From assembly GCF_001194135.2 (NCBI RefSeq), contig NC_068988.1:44150260-44214259 (forward strand): 64,000 bases of DNA. Reading direction: 5' to 3'. Under the pieces are notes generated by a model that was given only the letters and a program-made list of their open reading frames with translations, was not told the origin of the DNA and ran no database searches. How positions within the stretch are numbered: position 1 is the stretch's first letter; every line of letters begins with the position of its first letter. Source of the DNA: Octopus bimaculoides (Eukaryota). Of this stretch, positions 12,379-27,701 are shown in pieces. Made by a program: the position numbers and the translations under genes.

Positions 12379-15300
12379 NNNNNNNNNNATATATATATAT
12401 ATATATATACACGCACACACACACACACATATATATATGCATACACACATACAGAGTTTCTCTGATGATATATATATATATATAGACACACACACACACA
12501 TATATATTTGATGATGATGTATATGCATGTAGTAATAATAATAATAATGATAATAATCTAAGGATGGAATTTATACCAGCACAATTTGGTACAATCCCAT
12601 AAACTTGTTGCAAGTTGGGTTTACTAGGTTGTAGCTGATATAATAAGAGGTTTTATGTGCATACTCAAAAACATTTCCCGTAAATGAACGTAAAGGATAC
12701 ACACACATGTATATATATATGAAAAACAGAGTGTATAAGAATGAAGGAGAAAATACAAGATTATACATACACACACTCATATATATATGAAAAACAGAGT
12801 GTATAAGAATGAAGGAGAAAATACATTATACACACACACACATACAAGCACAAATTATCTCATTTTTTTTTTCTTCATATTATGGAGATTAGGAAAACAA
12901 AATTTACAACACCATATGTTGGTTGCACATGTAATGAGACATAACGACTGTGATAATGTTATGTAAATGTTAGGTATTATTAGATATTTCTTGCAATTCA
13001 ATATTTATCAACACTTCTGCTTCAGTAACAAGATTTCTAGTTCAATGGTCTTTAACTTAATATTTGGTTTGGGTGAAGATCTTTCAAACCAAGTGCAATT
13101 TATTCACTGATATCCTTTACCAAACCAAGCTCTAAACACCTCCTGTGTCTGTAGGACAGTATTAGAAAACAAAACATATTTCAATGCTGATAATGAATCA
13201 ACTGCTAAGATTTCAATGTAAATAATATTTTTATGTTATAAGCATTAATCTGAAGCTGCAGAAAGTAACAGGCACATTGCCAGGAATTGAACCATGTGAT
13301 CTGCTGCATGCCAGACAACCAAAGTTGTTGATTACAAACACACTGTTGTATAACTGATAATGCAGTCATCATGGTAAGTGATGATATTATAGTTCATGTC
13401 TACACAGTTGATCTGTTTCTCTTTTCAGTCTAAGACTGGTACTTATAACACTTTATCATGCTTAAATGCAGCTTTAATTACAGTCACAGGTAGAAGGATT
13501 TTAATATTCTACACCCTTTTAATTTACACCCAAACTTGAATGGTTTCATAAAAATGAAAATAGTGAAGGGTGCTAAACTGTTTTTACTACACACTTTTAA
13601 AATATATTAGCCAAGTGACAACCAGTTAGTTAACCCACAATACAGACACATTTTTCAGTTAAACTCAAAGTAAAGGAAAATTTTGGTTCTCATTATAATG
13701 CTTTCTTTCACAGGCACAAAGTCAAAAATTTTGCAGAGGAACAGTTACTTATAAGATTATATTGCACTCAATATTTGATTGGTACTTTATTTTAATAATC
13801 CAGGAAAGATGAAAGGCCAAGTCAACCTTAAAGAACGTGAACTAAAAAATATAAAAACATGTAACTAAATACTCGCAAAGCATTAGTCCACCATTCTGTC
13901 AATTCCACTCATCTGTTATCCAAGTTCTTATAATGATAGTAACGATGGTTGTACTTGTAGTGGTGTAGTTGATGAAGTGTTGGAGACAGTGGATGTGGTT
14001 GTGGTGGTAGTGGTAGTGGTCAGAGTGTTGGTGAAAAGAAAAGAATGGCAAAGCAACTCTGTCAACTTCTCATGCTAGCAACTGAAAGTCCAGGTGGTGC
14101 TTGTGTAACACAATATATCTGGTAGCTTTGCAAGTGTGCACTTTTGCAGGAGAACTGCTCCTGGGGGACGGGGGACTGATACTTACAATAGTCGAAGAGT
14201 ATTTGACTTACTCCAGCTACAGAAGAAAGTATTAGACACATTTCAAATAATAACAATAATAATACTTCACAACATTTATAATTATTTCTAACATAAAACA
14301 AAAAACAAAAATAATGAAAATAATATTTAATAATTTGTAACATAAGCAGAAGGGACACAAATTATAGAAGAGGTGAACAGACACTTAAATCAACTTGGTT
14401 AGAACTTATTTTATCAAGCCTGCAATGATAAAAGGCAAAGTTAATCTAAGCAGGATTTCAACTCAAAATGTAAAGGAACATAACTAGATATGACAAAGGA
14501 TTTTGCCAATTGCTCTATCTCTGCTAACAAGAACAATGACAATTTCTCACATTGTTGGTAGACCAGATTAATTTCTGAAAGGAACGAAGCTATATAATTT
14601 TCAATAGTTAACTGGATATCTTCTTTCATTCTATTGTTACTCTCACTATGTCTCACCTCTAGACATTGCACTCCTCCTAGTCCTTCTCCTGAACAGAAAC
14701 ATTCTGGAATTCCCTCACTGTTAATGCTTCTGGAATATTAAATGCATCAATCTCATCACTTGATGAGACTGGTGCAAATGTCATGGGCATTTCCCATCTG
14801 AAAAAGATGGGATGGTTACAGCTTTGACCATATTTCTGCTCAATTAGGGATGACTTGGGGATAATAAACAACAACAATGTAGTAACCATTGTATTCTGAC
14901 CAAGTCCACCTTGCCTGGTCTCTACAATGGTCACTGCCAAAATATACAGTTGTGCACAAATAATGTGATGAAGGTACAACATGAGATTATCACATTGCAT
15001 TCTATACGACTAACTCTTGCATGTCAGAGTGTAAATACAGTTCTTGTAATGGCAGAAACATGATATATCTGGAACAAGAGATTTTTGGATCAGACCTAAT
15101 TGTTTGGTCAACTAGTTGCTTGATCAGAGATGTGCTGGGACGATACAGCATCACCAATAACTGTAATAGTACCAAAATAACATTTTAGCTGAAAATAATA
15201 AAGTTCTAAACAAGTTCAAAAGCAATCATCCAAAGCTGTTGAGTTTCATTTTAGGTTATTAAAATCTCATCTCTGCAGCAATAATAACAACTTAGAAGAA

Positions 15301-18300
15301 TCCATGTAAAACACCAGATTAGCCCTTTCACATTCGTAATCATAATGCTGATAGATATATTCATCATAGTTATATGATAATCATTAAATAATTGAACTGA
15401 AAAAGTATTGTGTTTCTGTGTGATTAATGAGACTTTTTCTGTAGACAAATGTAACTTGTCAACCAGAATAAACAGTCAACTATATATCATACACTCAGAA
15501 GCAACTTAACACCATATATATATGGCTCAGTGGTTAGAGTGTTGGGCTCACAATCATGAGGTAGTGAGTTCAATTCCCTGATCGGGCTGTGTATTGTGTT
15601 CTTGAGCAAGACACTTTACTTTATGTTGCTCCAGTTTGGTCAGCTGTAGAAATGAGTTGCAACATCACCAGTGTCAAGCTGTATTGGCCTTTACCTTTCC
15701 CTTAGACTACATTCGTGGCGTGGAGAGGGGAGGCTGGTATGCATGGGCGACTACTGGTCTTCCATAAACAGCCTTGCCCAGACTTGTGCCTCGTCAGAGA
15801 ACTTGCTAGGTGCAATCCCATGGTTATTCATGACCAAAGGGGGTCTTATACATACACACGCACACACACACACATACCAACAGGTACAGACATACATATT
15901 ACATATATAACTAAAAATACAAGCAAATAAATACACTACCAACACAAACTTCATACCAATTCTAGGCAAAAACAGAGAGCTAAACATAAATTAAGAGGAA
16001 AACTACTGACTGTGAGACATCCAGAGAAAAGATATAACCAAACAACAAAGTAGAGTAAGAAAAACAAAACAGCGGGAACAATTTCAAATGTTGAGAAATG
16101 AAATCAGTAACATACTGTAAAAGTATATAACACAGAAACAACAAAATGAAGAGAGATATCTATGTTAAAGAGAAAATAGAGAGATGGTCTTTCTTACCTA
16201 GGCTGGCAGTTCGGGACATCTCTGGCTCAGATTTTTCTGATGACATTGATGAATCTCGCTCTAGACTGCCAGCACCACTAATGACGTTCATGAGATAGAT
16301 GGCGGTCCAGGCGAAAGGCATTCTGTATTTACCAAGTCTTTCGCAGAATTGTACAGCATTGCTTTTATGTTTCTCTTCTCTAATCTGAAATATTTACCAG
16401 ACACATACAATGCAATCAGACAAACTCAATCAAAAGAAATCTATCAGTAATTTCTAGCATTCACAATTCCCATAGGGATAGAAAAGGCTCAATTCCTACA
16501 AAATTTATGAACCAACATGATCAAGAGAATATTTACAGAGTGTCTGTTAGGTGTTTTTGTAATTATATTCATTAGTCGTCGGAAATTACTATGAATTTCA
16601 GTAATTAATAGTAATTTCCCTTTTTTATTTAAATAAATTCCCTAATGTATTTGTATTTTAAAAAGAAATGGTCAGCTTTATGATAATCTATCTGTCTCTC
16701 TCTCTGATAAGAGTTCAAATCCTACTAGGGTTGCCTTTTTATTCTTATCTTTTCAGAAGTCTAGGAAGGCCTGCAAAGGTCATAAGTATTGCTTCTCCTC
16801 CCTCAGACTAATTTATCAAAAAAATATTTAAAAATAGATGCATGGTAAGAAGTTTGCTTCTCAACCACATGGTTCTGGGTTCAGTTCTACTGCATGGCAC
16901 CTTGGGTGACTGGTTTCTATTATAGCCCAAGGTCAACCAATGCCTTGTGAGTGGATTTGGTAGGTGGAAACTGAAAGAAGCCCACTGTATGAATATATAT
17001 AGACATACATATATAAACTATGAATGCATGTATCTATGTATGTGTGTGCACTTACGTTTGTGTTTGCCCCCCCCCCACTTAACAACTTGTGTTGGTTTGT
17101 TTATGTCCCTGTAACTTAGCAGTTTGACATAAGAGACCATAGAATAAATACCAGTTGAAAAAAAAAAACAACCTAAAACATCTCACTGCAGTCCAATGAT
17201 TGAAACAAAACAAAAGATAAATATATTTTACAGGTGAAATATCTATAATCAACAGTCATCTTCAGATCATAGAATTCTTACTTTATCTTCTTTCATGTAG
17301 GGTTCAACACATTCATTGATTTCGCCTTGCTGTAATACTTTTTCAAGCTGAAGAAGAAAGAGAGAAATATGTAAAAAGAATACAATTTTATTTTAAAAAT
17401 TAAATGAAGTGATAGTCGGCAACTGAAGAAGTTGATGTTTTAACTCTGTTAAACACCAACATCACCAACTGCCAACTATCACATCTACTGATATAAAACT
17501 ATGAACAAATCTATTCCAGCCATGACCAACCTGTTGATGTAAGACTACATTATCTAATTTGTCTGTTCTTGTTTAGTAAAGTAGAATGTGATTTGAAGAT
17601 TTGGTAGCTACTTATAGCAGGTCAAATGATCATAGCAAGGTTCCCTTGTTAACTGAAGAATTCTTAAGGTGAGGCTGCTAGGACTTATGTTGTAATTCTG
17701 AAGTATTAAAAATATGAAACAACAAAAGAAGAGAGTATTATTCTATAGTCGTCTCTTCATAATATTAAAAGTGATTTATAACTCAGGCACAAGTTCATAG
17801 TGAAATAGGAACACAGAACACAAAAGACAAAATGTAATGAAGTACTGGAAAAGATTTTGTCCAGTGCTCCATCAATCTTGCCATATGTTAGCCTAATGTA
17901 TAATATTAATAAAACAAGCCTGAGAGTTATACTTTATACAACCTCAACTATGGAACAAAAAGACACTAACAATATCTTTAACATAATGAAATAAATTTGT
18001 ATACAATGAAATATGCTCAATATTTCTGCACTATTTTCACAAATCCTCAATTTGTTAATATGGTGCACAGAATTTTCATATTGATTTCTCAGATGTCTCT
18101 GGTTATTTCATATGCATACTCCATTAAGTAAATATGCTACTGAAATGTTTTTTAAATTTAAAAACATCTAATTTTATTAAAACTTCTCTTCAGAATGATT
18201 AATAAAAACTTGAAGGTGGCGAGCTGGCAGAAACGTTGACACACCGGACGAAATGCTTAGCGGTATTTCGTCTGCTGTTTACATTCTGAGTTCAAATTCC

Positions 18301-21300
18301 GCCGAGGTTGACTTTGCCTTTCATCCTTTCGGGATTGATTAAATAAGTACCAGTTACGCAATGGGGTCGATATAATCGACTTAATCCGTTTGTCTGTCCT
18401 TGTTTGTCCCCTCTGTGTGTGTAGCCCCTTGTGGACAGTAAAGAAATAAGAATCATTAACACATTGAGTAAAATGCTTAGTAACATTTCAACTGTCTTTA
18501 TATATGTGTATATAAAGGGGGAAAGACTATTACACACTTTACCCTAGAAATAATCTCTGATAAAATTGAAAAAAAAACAATAAAACACATAAACTCAAAA
18601 TGTGACATACCCGAACCACAAGGAAAACATCAGGGGAAGGGTATGTAAGACTGAATATAGCACTCTGGCTTCGTGTTGATCGGTCTTTGTGGGGTACATG
18701 CATGTTTATCATTCGGTTAGTGGACTCTGTGTTCATATCAAAGTAGAAATTTTCAGATATCTGCAAAATATCAAACACATTAATTAATACATTGGCGGCA
18801 GTGACATGGGTTAGACAATTTGACAGGAGAGTTGCATCAGGTTAGTCTGATTTGGCATGGTTTCTACAGCTGGATGCGCTTCCTAACACCAAACACTCCA
18901 GGAGTGTAATGGGTGCTTTTACGTACCACAGGCATGGGTACTGTTTATATGGTACTGGACTGGCCATGACTACAATGAATAGGTGCCATTTACATGGCAC
19001 AAGCACTGACCACGACTGTGATTCATAGGTGCCCTTTACATGGTGCTGCCAATGATTCACAGGTACTATTTACATGACACCATCAACAACCACCTTGCCA
19101 GATCAGATTGGAGCTTGGTACAACCTCCTGGCTTGCCAGTCCTCAGTCAAACCGTCCAACCCATGTCAGCATGGAATGCAGATGTTAAATGACGACAATG
19201 AGGATGACACGCACACATACACACACACATATATATAATATATATATATATGAATGTATTGTTCACAAACTGATTACAAATGGATAACAATATATATTAT
19301 ATGAATGTTTGAGCTATTAGTTTATAATTTACGCACATATTTACATGGCACAGGCAGTGACCACAACTATGATTCACAGGTACCATTTACATGGTACCAT
19401 CAACAACCATGACTACAACTTACAGATGCCATTTACATGGCACCAGCATGGCCATGTAAATGCATAAATCAGAAAGATTAAAAAAAAAAAAGGTTTCTCA
19501 GAGTTTGAGAATGCATCAGAAGTGAACAGTTGCTGATTCTTTGTAAGGTTTGGTTAATTAATATGCATGTGCGTGCTTGCACATACAAAAACACATGCAA
19601 GCAGGTATACAAATATCAACACACACAAATATCAATGATATGAATGCTGATGAAATACCTTTTTCTTTTCTTTAGCATCATAAAGTGCCAGAGATACAAA
19701 AATAGGCTCAATATCAAGTTCAAGTCTGAAAAGAGAAAAATACATCACATAAGTGAGACATCTGACACACACATACACACAAACATATACAAACAGAGTC
19801 CACTAAAAAGATGTATACACACTTCAGGAAAGGAAAATCTGTAAAAATATTTAATCCAGTGTTATTGCAATTTATTCAGTGTTATCACAACTTGATAAAA
19901 CAATGGAAGAGGTATTTATATGTACAGAGGTAATTATACAAGTTAAATATTTATGCAGGTTTTTCCTTTCCTGAAGTGTGTATACATTTTTTTGCCGGGA
20001 TCTGAATATACATACATGCATGATGCAAGAGTTCTTCAAAACTGACCAACCATTAAGGAAAGGGACAGGCTTATTGCCTGTAGATAAGAGGACAGTTGTG
20101 GATACATGTTTCTGGTTTGATAGTCCTCATCAGCACAGCATTTATCTGACCTTATCTCCAGCAGCAGCCAAAGGACTTAGACTTGTACAAAACAGAATAG
20201 CAAACAGTTATGGCCTAGGTAATTTGCTTCATTTAAACCAGCAGTTTTCAACTGGGGTCCATATAAGATTTGGTGGGGGGACAGGGTTCACACAACAAAT
20301 TAGTAAATTGTCCACAATAGTATTTTAAGGGCCTCTGAAAAAAATTTTGCTTTAGATTTATGTATTGGTATTTATTGTAAGAAACAGCAAGGTTTCTTTC
20401 TCTAACATTTTACATAGTTCAGCTTACACAAATTAATGTGTGAAAAACAAAGTAGGAATTTTGAAAGATATTTCTATAAAACTAGTTTTTTTAAACATCA
20501 AATGTCCAAGAAGAAAATAGTAATCAAAGGGGTCCATAGATAAAAAAAATGGTTGAGAACCCCTGGTTAAATAAAAATCAGCTAAGAAAAATAACTCAGA
20601 GTAGTCAATGGTGTGTATTTGAATAACATAGACAAATACTGGTATGTTAAATACCTTACAACAAAAATTATGGATATATCAAAATTATATCCACCACTAG
20701 AGGACACACACACATTAAAAACCCAGAGGGCATAGGTATAATTTAGTCAGTTAAATTCATGTGGATGCTACAAAGAAAGATATACTTATACAATCTTAAT
20801 ATTGATTTCAAATTTTGGCACAAGGCCAGCAATTTCAGAGATAAATCGATTAAATTACATTGACTCAGCACTCAACTGGTACTTATTTTATTGACCCTGA
20901 AAGGTTGAAAAGCAAAGTTGACCATGGCGGAATTTGAACTCAGAAGATAAAGATGGGTGAAATGTCACTAAACATTTTGCCCGACGTGCTAATGATTCTG
21001 CCAGCTCGGTGCCATCAAAGCAATAACAGATTTTGGAGGGGGATTAAAATCAATTAAATCAGCTCCAATACTTGGCTGGCAGTATATTTAATTGATTCCA
21101 GAAGCCTGAAAAGCAAAGTTGACTCTGGCAACATTTGAATTTGTACAAACGTCTTTAATATTAATAAAAGACAAAACAAAAACACTGTCTACACAAAAGA
21201 CAGGAAGGTCATGGGTGGAATGATTTTGATTATCTACACTGCCTAATACCTTGTGAGTGAATTTGATAAATGGAAGCTGATGGAAGCTGTGTGAAAGCCC

Positions 21301-24300
21301 ATCATGCAATATATATGTGTGTGAGCATGTCTCCGTCCCCACCCCCAACCACCATTTGAGAAATGATGCAGGTTTGTTTAAGTCCCCATAACTTGGCAGT
21401 TTAGCAAAAGAGACCGACAGAATACGTAGCAGACTTAAAAACAAGCACTGGAGTCAATCTGTTTGACTAAGCTAACCAATGTGATATTCCAGTATAGCCA
21501 CAGTCCAATGATTGAAACAATAAAAGATAAAGATAAAGATATTTTTAAGAATTACTTCATTTGGAAAACTTTGATTAGGATTCTGTGCCCAAAATGTTCT
21601 CGGGGTATTTCTGGGATCATTCTTCTAGCAGTGAGTTCATCCTAAAAACAGAATAAGAAGATAATGAAGTATAATCCAAATGTGCTTTTTTTTTTTTTTG
21701 CAGTATTTCAACACTGAACAAATATTAATTATGCATTCTACATACAAAAATTTTCATAAATAAGCTGCAATGCATTCCACTTAATTTTATACTAATAAAT
21801 TTGTCAGATTAACACCTGTGACTGTACAGCACAGTGGTTATTACCAATATATATCCATGCCAAATTTAATAAGTCAGGTGGAAGCTATACCTCCGTCTGA
21901 AAACTGAAGCAACAAGCAGGTGAGATAAGTTATGGAAGTGTCACTTTATAGTGAACTAAAATTACTTGATTTGTAACCACAGTGTTATTATTTGTTTTCT
22001 GCAAAACTAAAAATATTTAAAGGATATGAATATTCATGTTTGTTAACTACGCTGTTACACAGTTATGTATATGTCTAAATGTATTAAGCAATAAAACATA
22101 CAAAATAATTTAACAAACCCAACAAATCCAATATTAACATATATGTATGTGAGTGCCTAAAAAAGTATATTTTATATATATATACATACACCTTGCCAGA
22201 TCAGATTGGAGCTTGGTACAACCTTCTGGCTTGCAAGTCTTCAGTCAAACCGTTCAACCCATGTCAGCATGGAATGCAGATGTTAAATGACGATGGTGAT
22301 GATGATGACATGCACACACACACACATATATATATATGAATGTATTGTTCACAAACTGATTACAAATGGATAACACTTAATATATATTATATGAATGTTT
22401 GAGCAATTAGTTTATAATTTACATGCATATCCATACATATACATACACATGAGCACGCATGCACACACACAATCTGTAAAGCAGTTGGCTTTGGGAAGGA
22501 CATTCAATTGTTGAATTCATGTCAAAGCAGACAATGGAGTTTGGCACGGCCCTTTGGCTTGCCAGCACCTGTCAATCTGTTGAAACCATGCCAGCATAGG
22601 AAACAGACATTAAACAATGATGATGACGACGATGAAATATATACTCTTTACTCTTTTACTCTTTTACTTGTTTCAGTCATTTGACTGTGGCCATGCTGGA
22701 GCACCGCCTTAATAGTCGAGCAAATCGACCCCAGGACTTATTCTTTTTGGAAGCCTAATACTTATTCTATCGGTCTCTTTTGCCGAACCGCTAAGTTACG
22801 GGGACGTAAACACACCAGCATCGGTTGTCAAGCGTTGGTGGGGGGACAAACACAGACACACAAACACACACATATATATATATACATGTATACATATATA
22901 CGACAGGCTTCTTTCAGTTTCCGTCTACCAAATCCACTCATAAGGCTTTGGTCGACCCAAGGGTATAGTAGAAGACACTTGCCCAAGGTGCCACGCAGTG
23001 GGACTGAACCCGGAACCATGTGGTTGGTAAGCAAGCTACTTACCACACAGCCACTACACACACACGCCCATAATTACATATGCACAAAGTTATTTATACA
23101 CACATATATGCAATATACAAATAGACTCAAAGGTACTTGAAGGGACACGCATATCAATAAGAAGCCACAGCAGCATGACATCAAATAATAATTTTGATGA
23201 CAAGTAGTGATTACATACACATGGGTGGCCTACACACACACCACTCATTAAGCATATCCGTGTAGTGTAAACATAAAACAGTGATGACATAGCTAACATG
23301 TACTGACCTCATCTTGTGATGGGTACAAACTAAAAAGGGAGTTTTGTCTGCATTGTTTACGCTGAGACTCGTTGTTGCGGTCAACCTCTTCGGCAGGGAT
23401 CCGTTCCAGAATTGGTTCCACCAGACGATCAGCCTGGGACTGCTTCAGATCAAATATACTGCTGGCCCAACTACCACGAGGAGTTTCATTCATCTGCATT
23501 GACTGACGCTTTGGCGTGTTGTCCTGAAATGTCACAAAAGAAGACAAAGCATCGTAAGATTGGATTCAGTAAAGATTCAGAGATTCAGCACTACATGAGA
23601 CTAATTGCATGTTGCATTATATTGTAATACACCAGGAATCAAACCATAGACATCCGTATCTTAAGGCTAAGATTTGATTTTTGTTAAACATGTAATTGAA
23701 ATAGCCTTAGGTCATTAGCATTCCGATTACTCTGTCAACTATGATGTTCATTTATCCACATTGTTTCAAATTAATCCTGCATTACCTCATAGCTTCAATA
23801 TTTCATTCGTGTGATTATTTATTTCTATAATAACATGCTATGGTAAGTGTGAGAGGTCAGATTCAGACAATTTGAATATAAAACAGGTAAAATATTTGCG
23901 TTGGTTGTGGCCTGCTTACATGCTAAAGATTAAATATCAATGTGAATAATGTATACATAAAATGGTACAAGCTGCAATATTTTGTCTCATAGAAACATCT
24001 TAAAAACTACAGGGCTTTGCTCAGAATACCACTGAATCACCAGAAATGGTATCTTGACCTAATTTGGTCTCCTCAGTGATGAGTACCCCAGATGTTCTGA
24101 GTTAAGCCTGTGCTCAAAACCTGCAGTACTATGCTGAAATCTCAGACAGAAGATGAGACTTTACAATGTTGAGTCTTTGTTTCTTGGTGTATGTTTTGCT
24201 GTGATATATCATCAGTCAAGGGATATGATCTGTGTGTAACTAAATATATAAATAAAATACATATTTATTAAAAACTAAAAAATGAAATTATTGCCTCCAT

Positions 24301-27300
24301 CCCACCCCATATATCTACACGTGACTGTACTAGAATCTAAATTCTCACCTTGTCCTGTTCCACCAGGCTATCTTCCACATCAATCTCATATTCCTGTTGA
24401 ATAATGTTTTCATTGTCAGGAAGCCGCTCTTTGTTACAGACACTGAAACTGTACTTCTCTTGTCTGAAAGTATTAACAATTTAAATAAACAAAACACAGA
24501 GAAAATCAAAATCAAATGAAATGAGGATTTACAATTGTGTTACAAAATCTGCTTAGGATAGAAAGGGGTAGAGAGCTAACCCTACTGGAAATATTATACA
24601 ATACAGAATTATATCCATGTGCTGCATGACAAAATAATGACTAATCTTTCAGTCAGGTAACTTCATTATTATATGAAGAAATAGGAGGAGGAGTCACAGT
24701 GGTTGTGTATATATTATTAAGAGAAATGTTTATTTACAAATATACATGCTGTAAAATCTCTTTTAGGTACAAAGCCTCTTCTAAGCCTTCTCTGCTGTAG
24801 TATTACTTCTAACACATTAGTCCATGCTTCATCTTAGAGCATACAATTTACTTCAGATCATTAGAGCCTCTGTATGGAAGCAGCCATTCTATCTTAAACT
24901 ACATCCTTTTAACTTAGAAAGAGTGAGCAGACATTGAACAATGAAGTTCTAGATACACTACGCATGAATAAAAAATGGCATGGTTATGTCTGGAATACTT
25001 TTCATCATAGGCCAGTCTGCTCAATCAAGGCTGACCAAGGGCTAAACAATTATAAAAAAATTCCCACTCTACAACCAGTTCCAGTGACTAACCTTAGAGT
25101 CAAAGAGAGAGACCTCAAAGAGGTCACTCAATCTAAGAGAAATAGCAGCTAAATCTCATCTTAATCTTAAGCAAGAAAGAATACATTGAACAATGAAGTC
25201 CAAGATACATATATACAATTTCTGAAACTAATACAAATGAGAGGTCATGAGTGGAAAGCTGTTGATCAAAGATCAACTTGATCAAGGCTAACCTAGGGCT
25301 AAACAACAACATATCCTTAGTTTATCAAGTACTTCCATGTTTAAAGTTTTATCCCCACCACCCTATCATCATTACTAAAAATGAAATGGTGTGATGTATT
25401 CTATCATAATGTTCCTAGTGTTAACTGCATCAAAGACATTTATATTTTTGGTGAAACCACATTATGGGAGAATTTGAGACTCAACACTGCACATGAACAA
25501 AATACTTTGTATCTTATAGTGCTGACACTGAGTACAACAGTAAATTTGTTGTAGGCCTTCAAGACTCTAGATTATTAACATCATCGTTACAGTGGTTTTG
25601 TTCATTATTTAGACCTACATTACATTTCAATCAATTCTGTCACTGATAAGGTGGAGACACATGGCTTAGTGGTTAGGCTGTTAGAATCATGGTTATAAGA
25701 TTGTTGTTTCAATTCCTGGATTAGGCGATATGTTGTGTTCTTGAACAAAACACTCCATTTCACGTTGCTCCAGTCCACTAAACTGGCAAAATTGAGTATT
25801 CCTGCGATGGACTGGTGTCCCACCCAAGAGGGTAAATATATGCCCCACAAAAGCCAGAAACCAACCTTATGAGTCTATATGACTCAGAAAGGAACTTTAT
25901 CCTTTTTTTTTTTTAATCATCATTGATCATCATCAGGTGTCTTAGTCTCAATGTACATAAGGTAATAGACTGGATTTGAACTATAAACTATTGGCAATCT
26001 TTATATCCAACTAAACATGGATGTATAATTAGACTGCTGAATATTGTAGTATTCAGCTTGAGAGATCCTCTCATATAGACATATAGTGCTAAGAGTACAG
26101 ACATATGTTGTAGCAGATGAGAACTGTCTGCTATGGGCGCCAGAACTGCCAGATCACATGATTTCAGCAAACTGCACTTCTTCAGTGGCAGGTGTCCAAA
26201 TCTCACTGCTAATGATATATAGAATAACAGTAATCTTTCACTTGCTGATACTGCAAATAGCCAGCAGGCTTATTAAAAAAATAAATATTACTGATGGAAA
26301 CATTATTAATACTGGATAGCAATCTTTGTATCCTATTAAACAAGGATGTTTTATTAAAACATTGTGGTATTTGCCTTGAAAGTTTCTCTCATAAACCATT
26401 ATTTCTTAGCTAAAAGTAAAAAGGTTTGTTAGACCAGTAGACCTTCCCCCCTAATGTATAGTTGAGTGAACTGGTTTAGAGATGTGGTACTGTTAGTTTA
26501 AATGGGATTTGAATGAGAATAATAAGGCATTTGTTTTGACTTGTCACAAGGTCAGTTTCTGTAGGAGAGAATTGTAGATCATTCAAAGAGGCTCAATGAG
26601 ATTGCTAGGTCTGCCAGAAATAACAGCCAAATCTCTCATATTAAAAGAGACACATTAGAAATCATACCAAAGCAGACACTGGAGCTTGGTTCAGTCCTCA
26701 GCTCCATGCCAGTATGGGAAACAGAGGTTGAATAATGATAATGATGATACACTATTCTTGGAGGAAAAAAAATTAAAAAGAAACTGATATGGTCACAGTT
26801 AAATCACCACTGATCATAAATGTGCTCAATCAAGGCTGAAAAATTGAAGCTAAACAAGTCATTTAATTAATCCACTAGCAACACTAATGATAATTTCTTT
26901 TGACTAAGTACTATGTTAATTCTGAAAGGAATTGCTTTCAACAATAGTGGACCAGGGAGTGATCTCTCATTGCAGTGAAGTAACAGCTCTACTTGGAGAG
27001 ACTCCCTCAAAATATTAAAGATCATAATTAAATACAAGTTTGGTACTGATTCCGTCATCCACCACCTTTCTATTAAAAAATTCTGATATAGGCACAAGGC
27101 CAGAAAACTTAGGGAGGTGTAGTTAATATTACTGTGTTGCAGGAGGCAGTGAGCTGGCAAAATTGTTAGCATGCCAGGCAAAATGCCTAGCAACATTTCA
27201 TCTGTCTTTATGTTCTAAGTTCAAAATTCCACCAAGGTTGACTTTGCCTTTCATTCTTTCATGATTGATAAAATAAGTATCACTTGAGTACTGGGGTCAA

Positions 27301-27670
27301 TGTAATCGATTTACCCCCACGCCTGAAATTACTGGCCTTGAGCCAAAATTCGAAATCAATAGTACTGGTACATTATTTTATCAACCCAGGAAGGATGATA
27401 AGTAAAGATGATCTATGTGGGATTTGAACTGTCAAAATTGAAAGGGCTGAAACTAAATAAAAGGTATTTTGCCAAAAGCTCTCTTGTGATTCTGCCAATT
27501 TAAGCGAATAAATAAAGAAAAGAAATAATTAAACGGAATGTAGCTAGAAAGTGGGTTAATGCTTACTTGCGTACAACTGTGGTATAATCCGATGTGTAAA
27601 GTCGAACACAATCCACAACATGTGGGTCAGTGTCTGCTCTGTTGGAGAGAAAAAAGAAAAAGAGTTACTA

Positions 27671-27701
<31 letters not shown>

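Noticed and set aside
12711-12835. 68-bp direct duplication
   Set aside because: Bounded by TA/CA microsatellites; ordinary slippage
14677-15000. 107-aa minus-strand ORF inside the 8.4-kb intron
   Set aside because: It spans a copy of repeat family E, has no recognisable domain and no phase-compatible splice sites
15520-15600. tRNA-like A and B boxes (also at 28421, 62420-62496, 18214)
   Set aside because: These are SINE heads followed by non-tRNA bodies, with no complete cloverleaf
26036-26130. Two short hairpins with ANANNA and ACA-like motifs (H/ACA snoRNA-like)
   Set aside because: The stems are only 7-10 bp, far shorter than H/ACA hairpins, and have no pseudouridylation pockets
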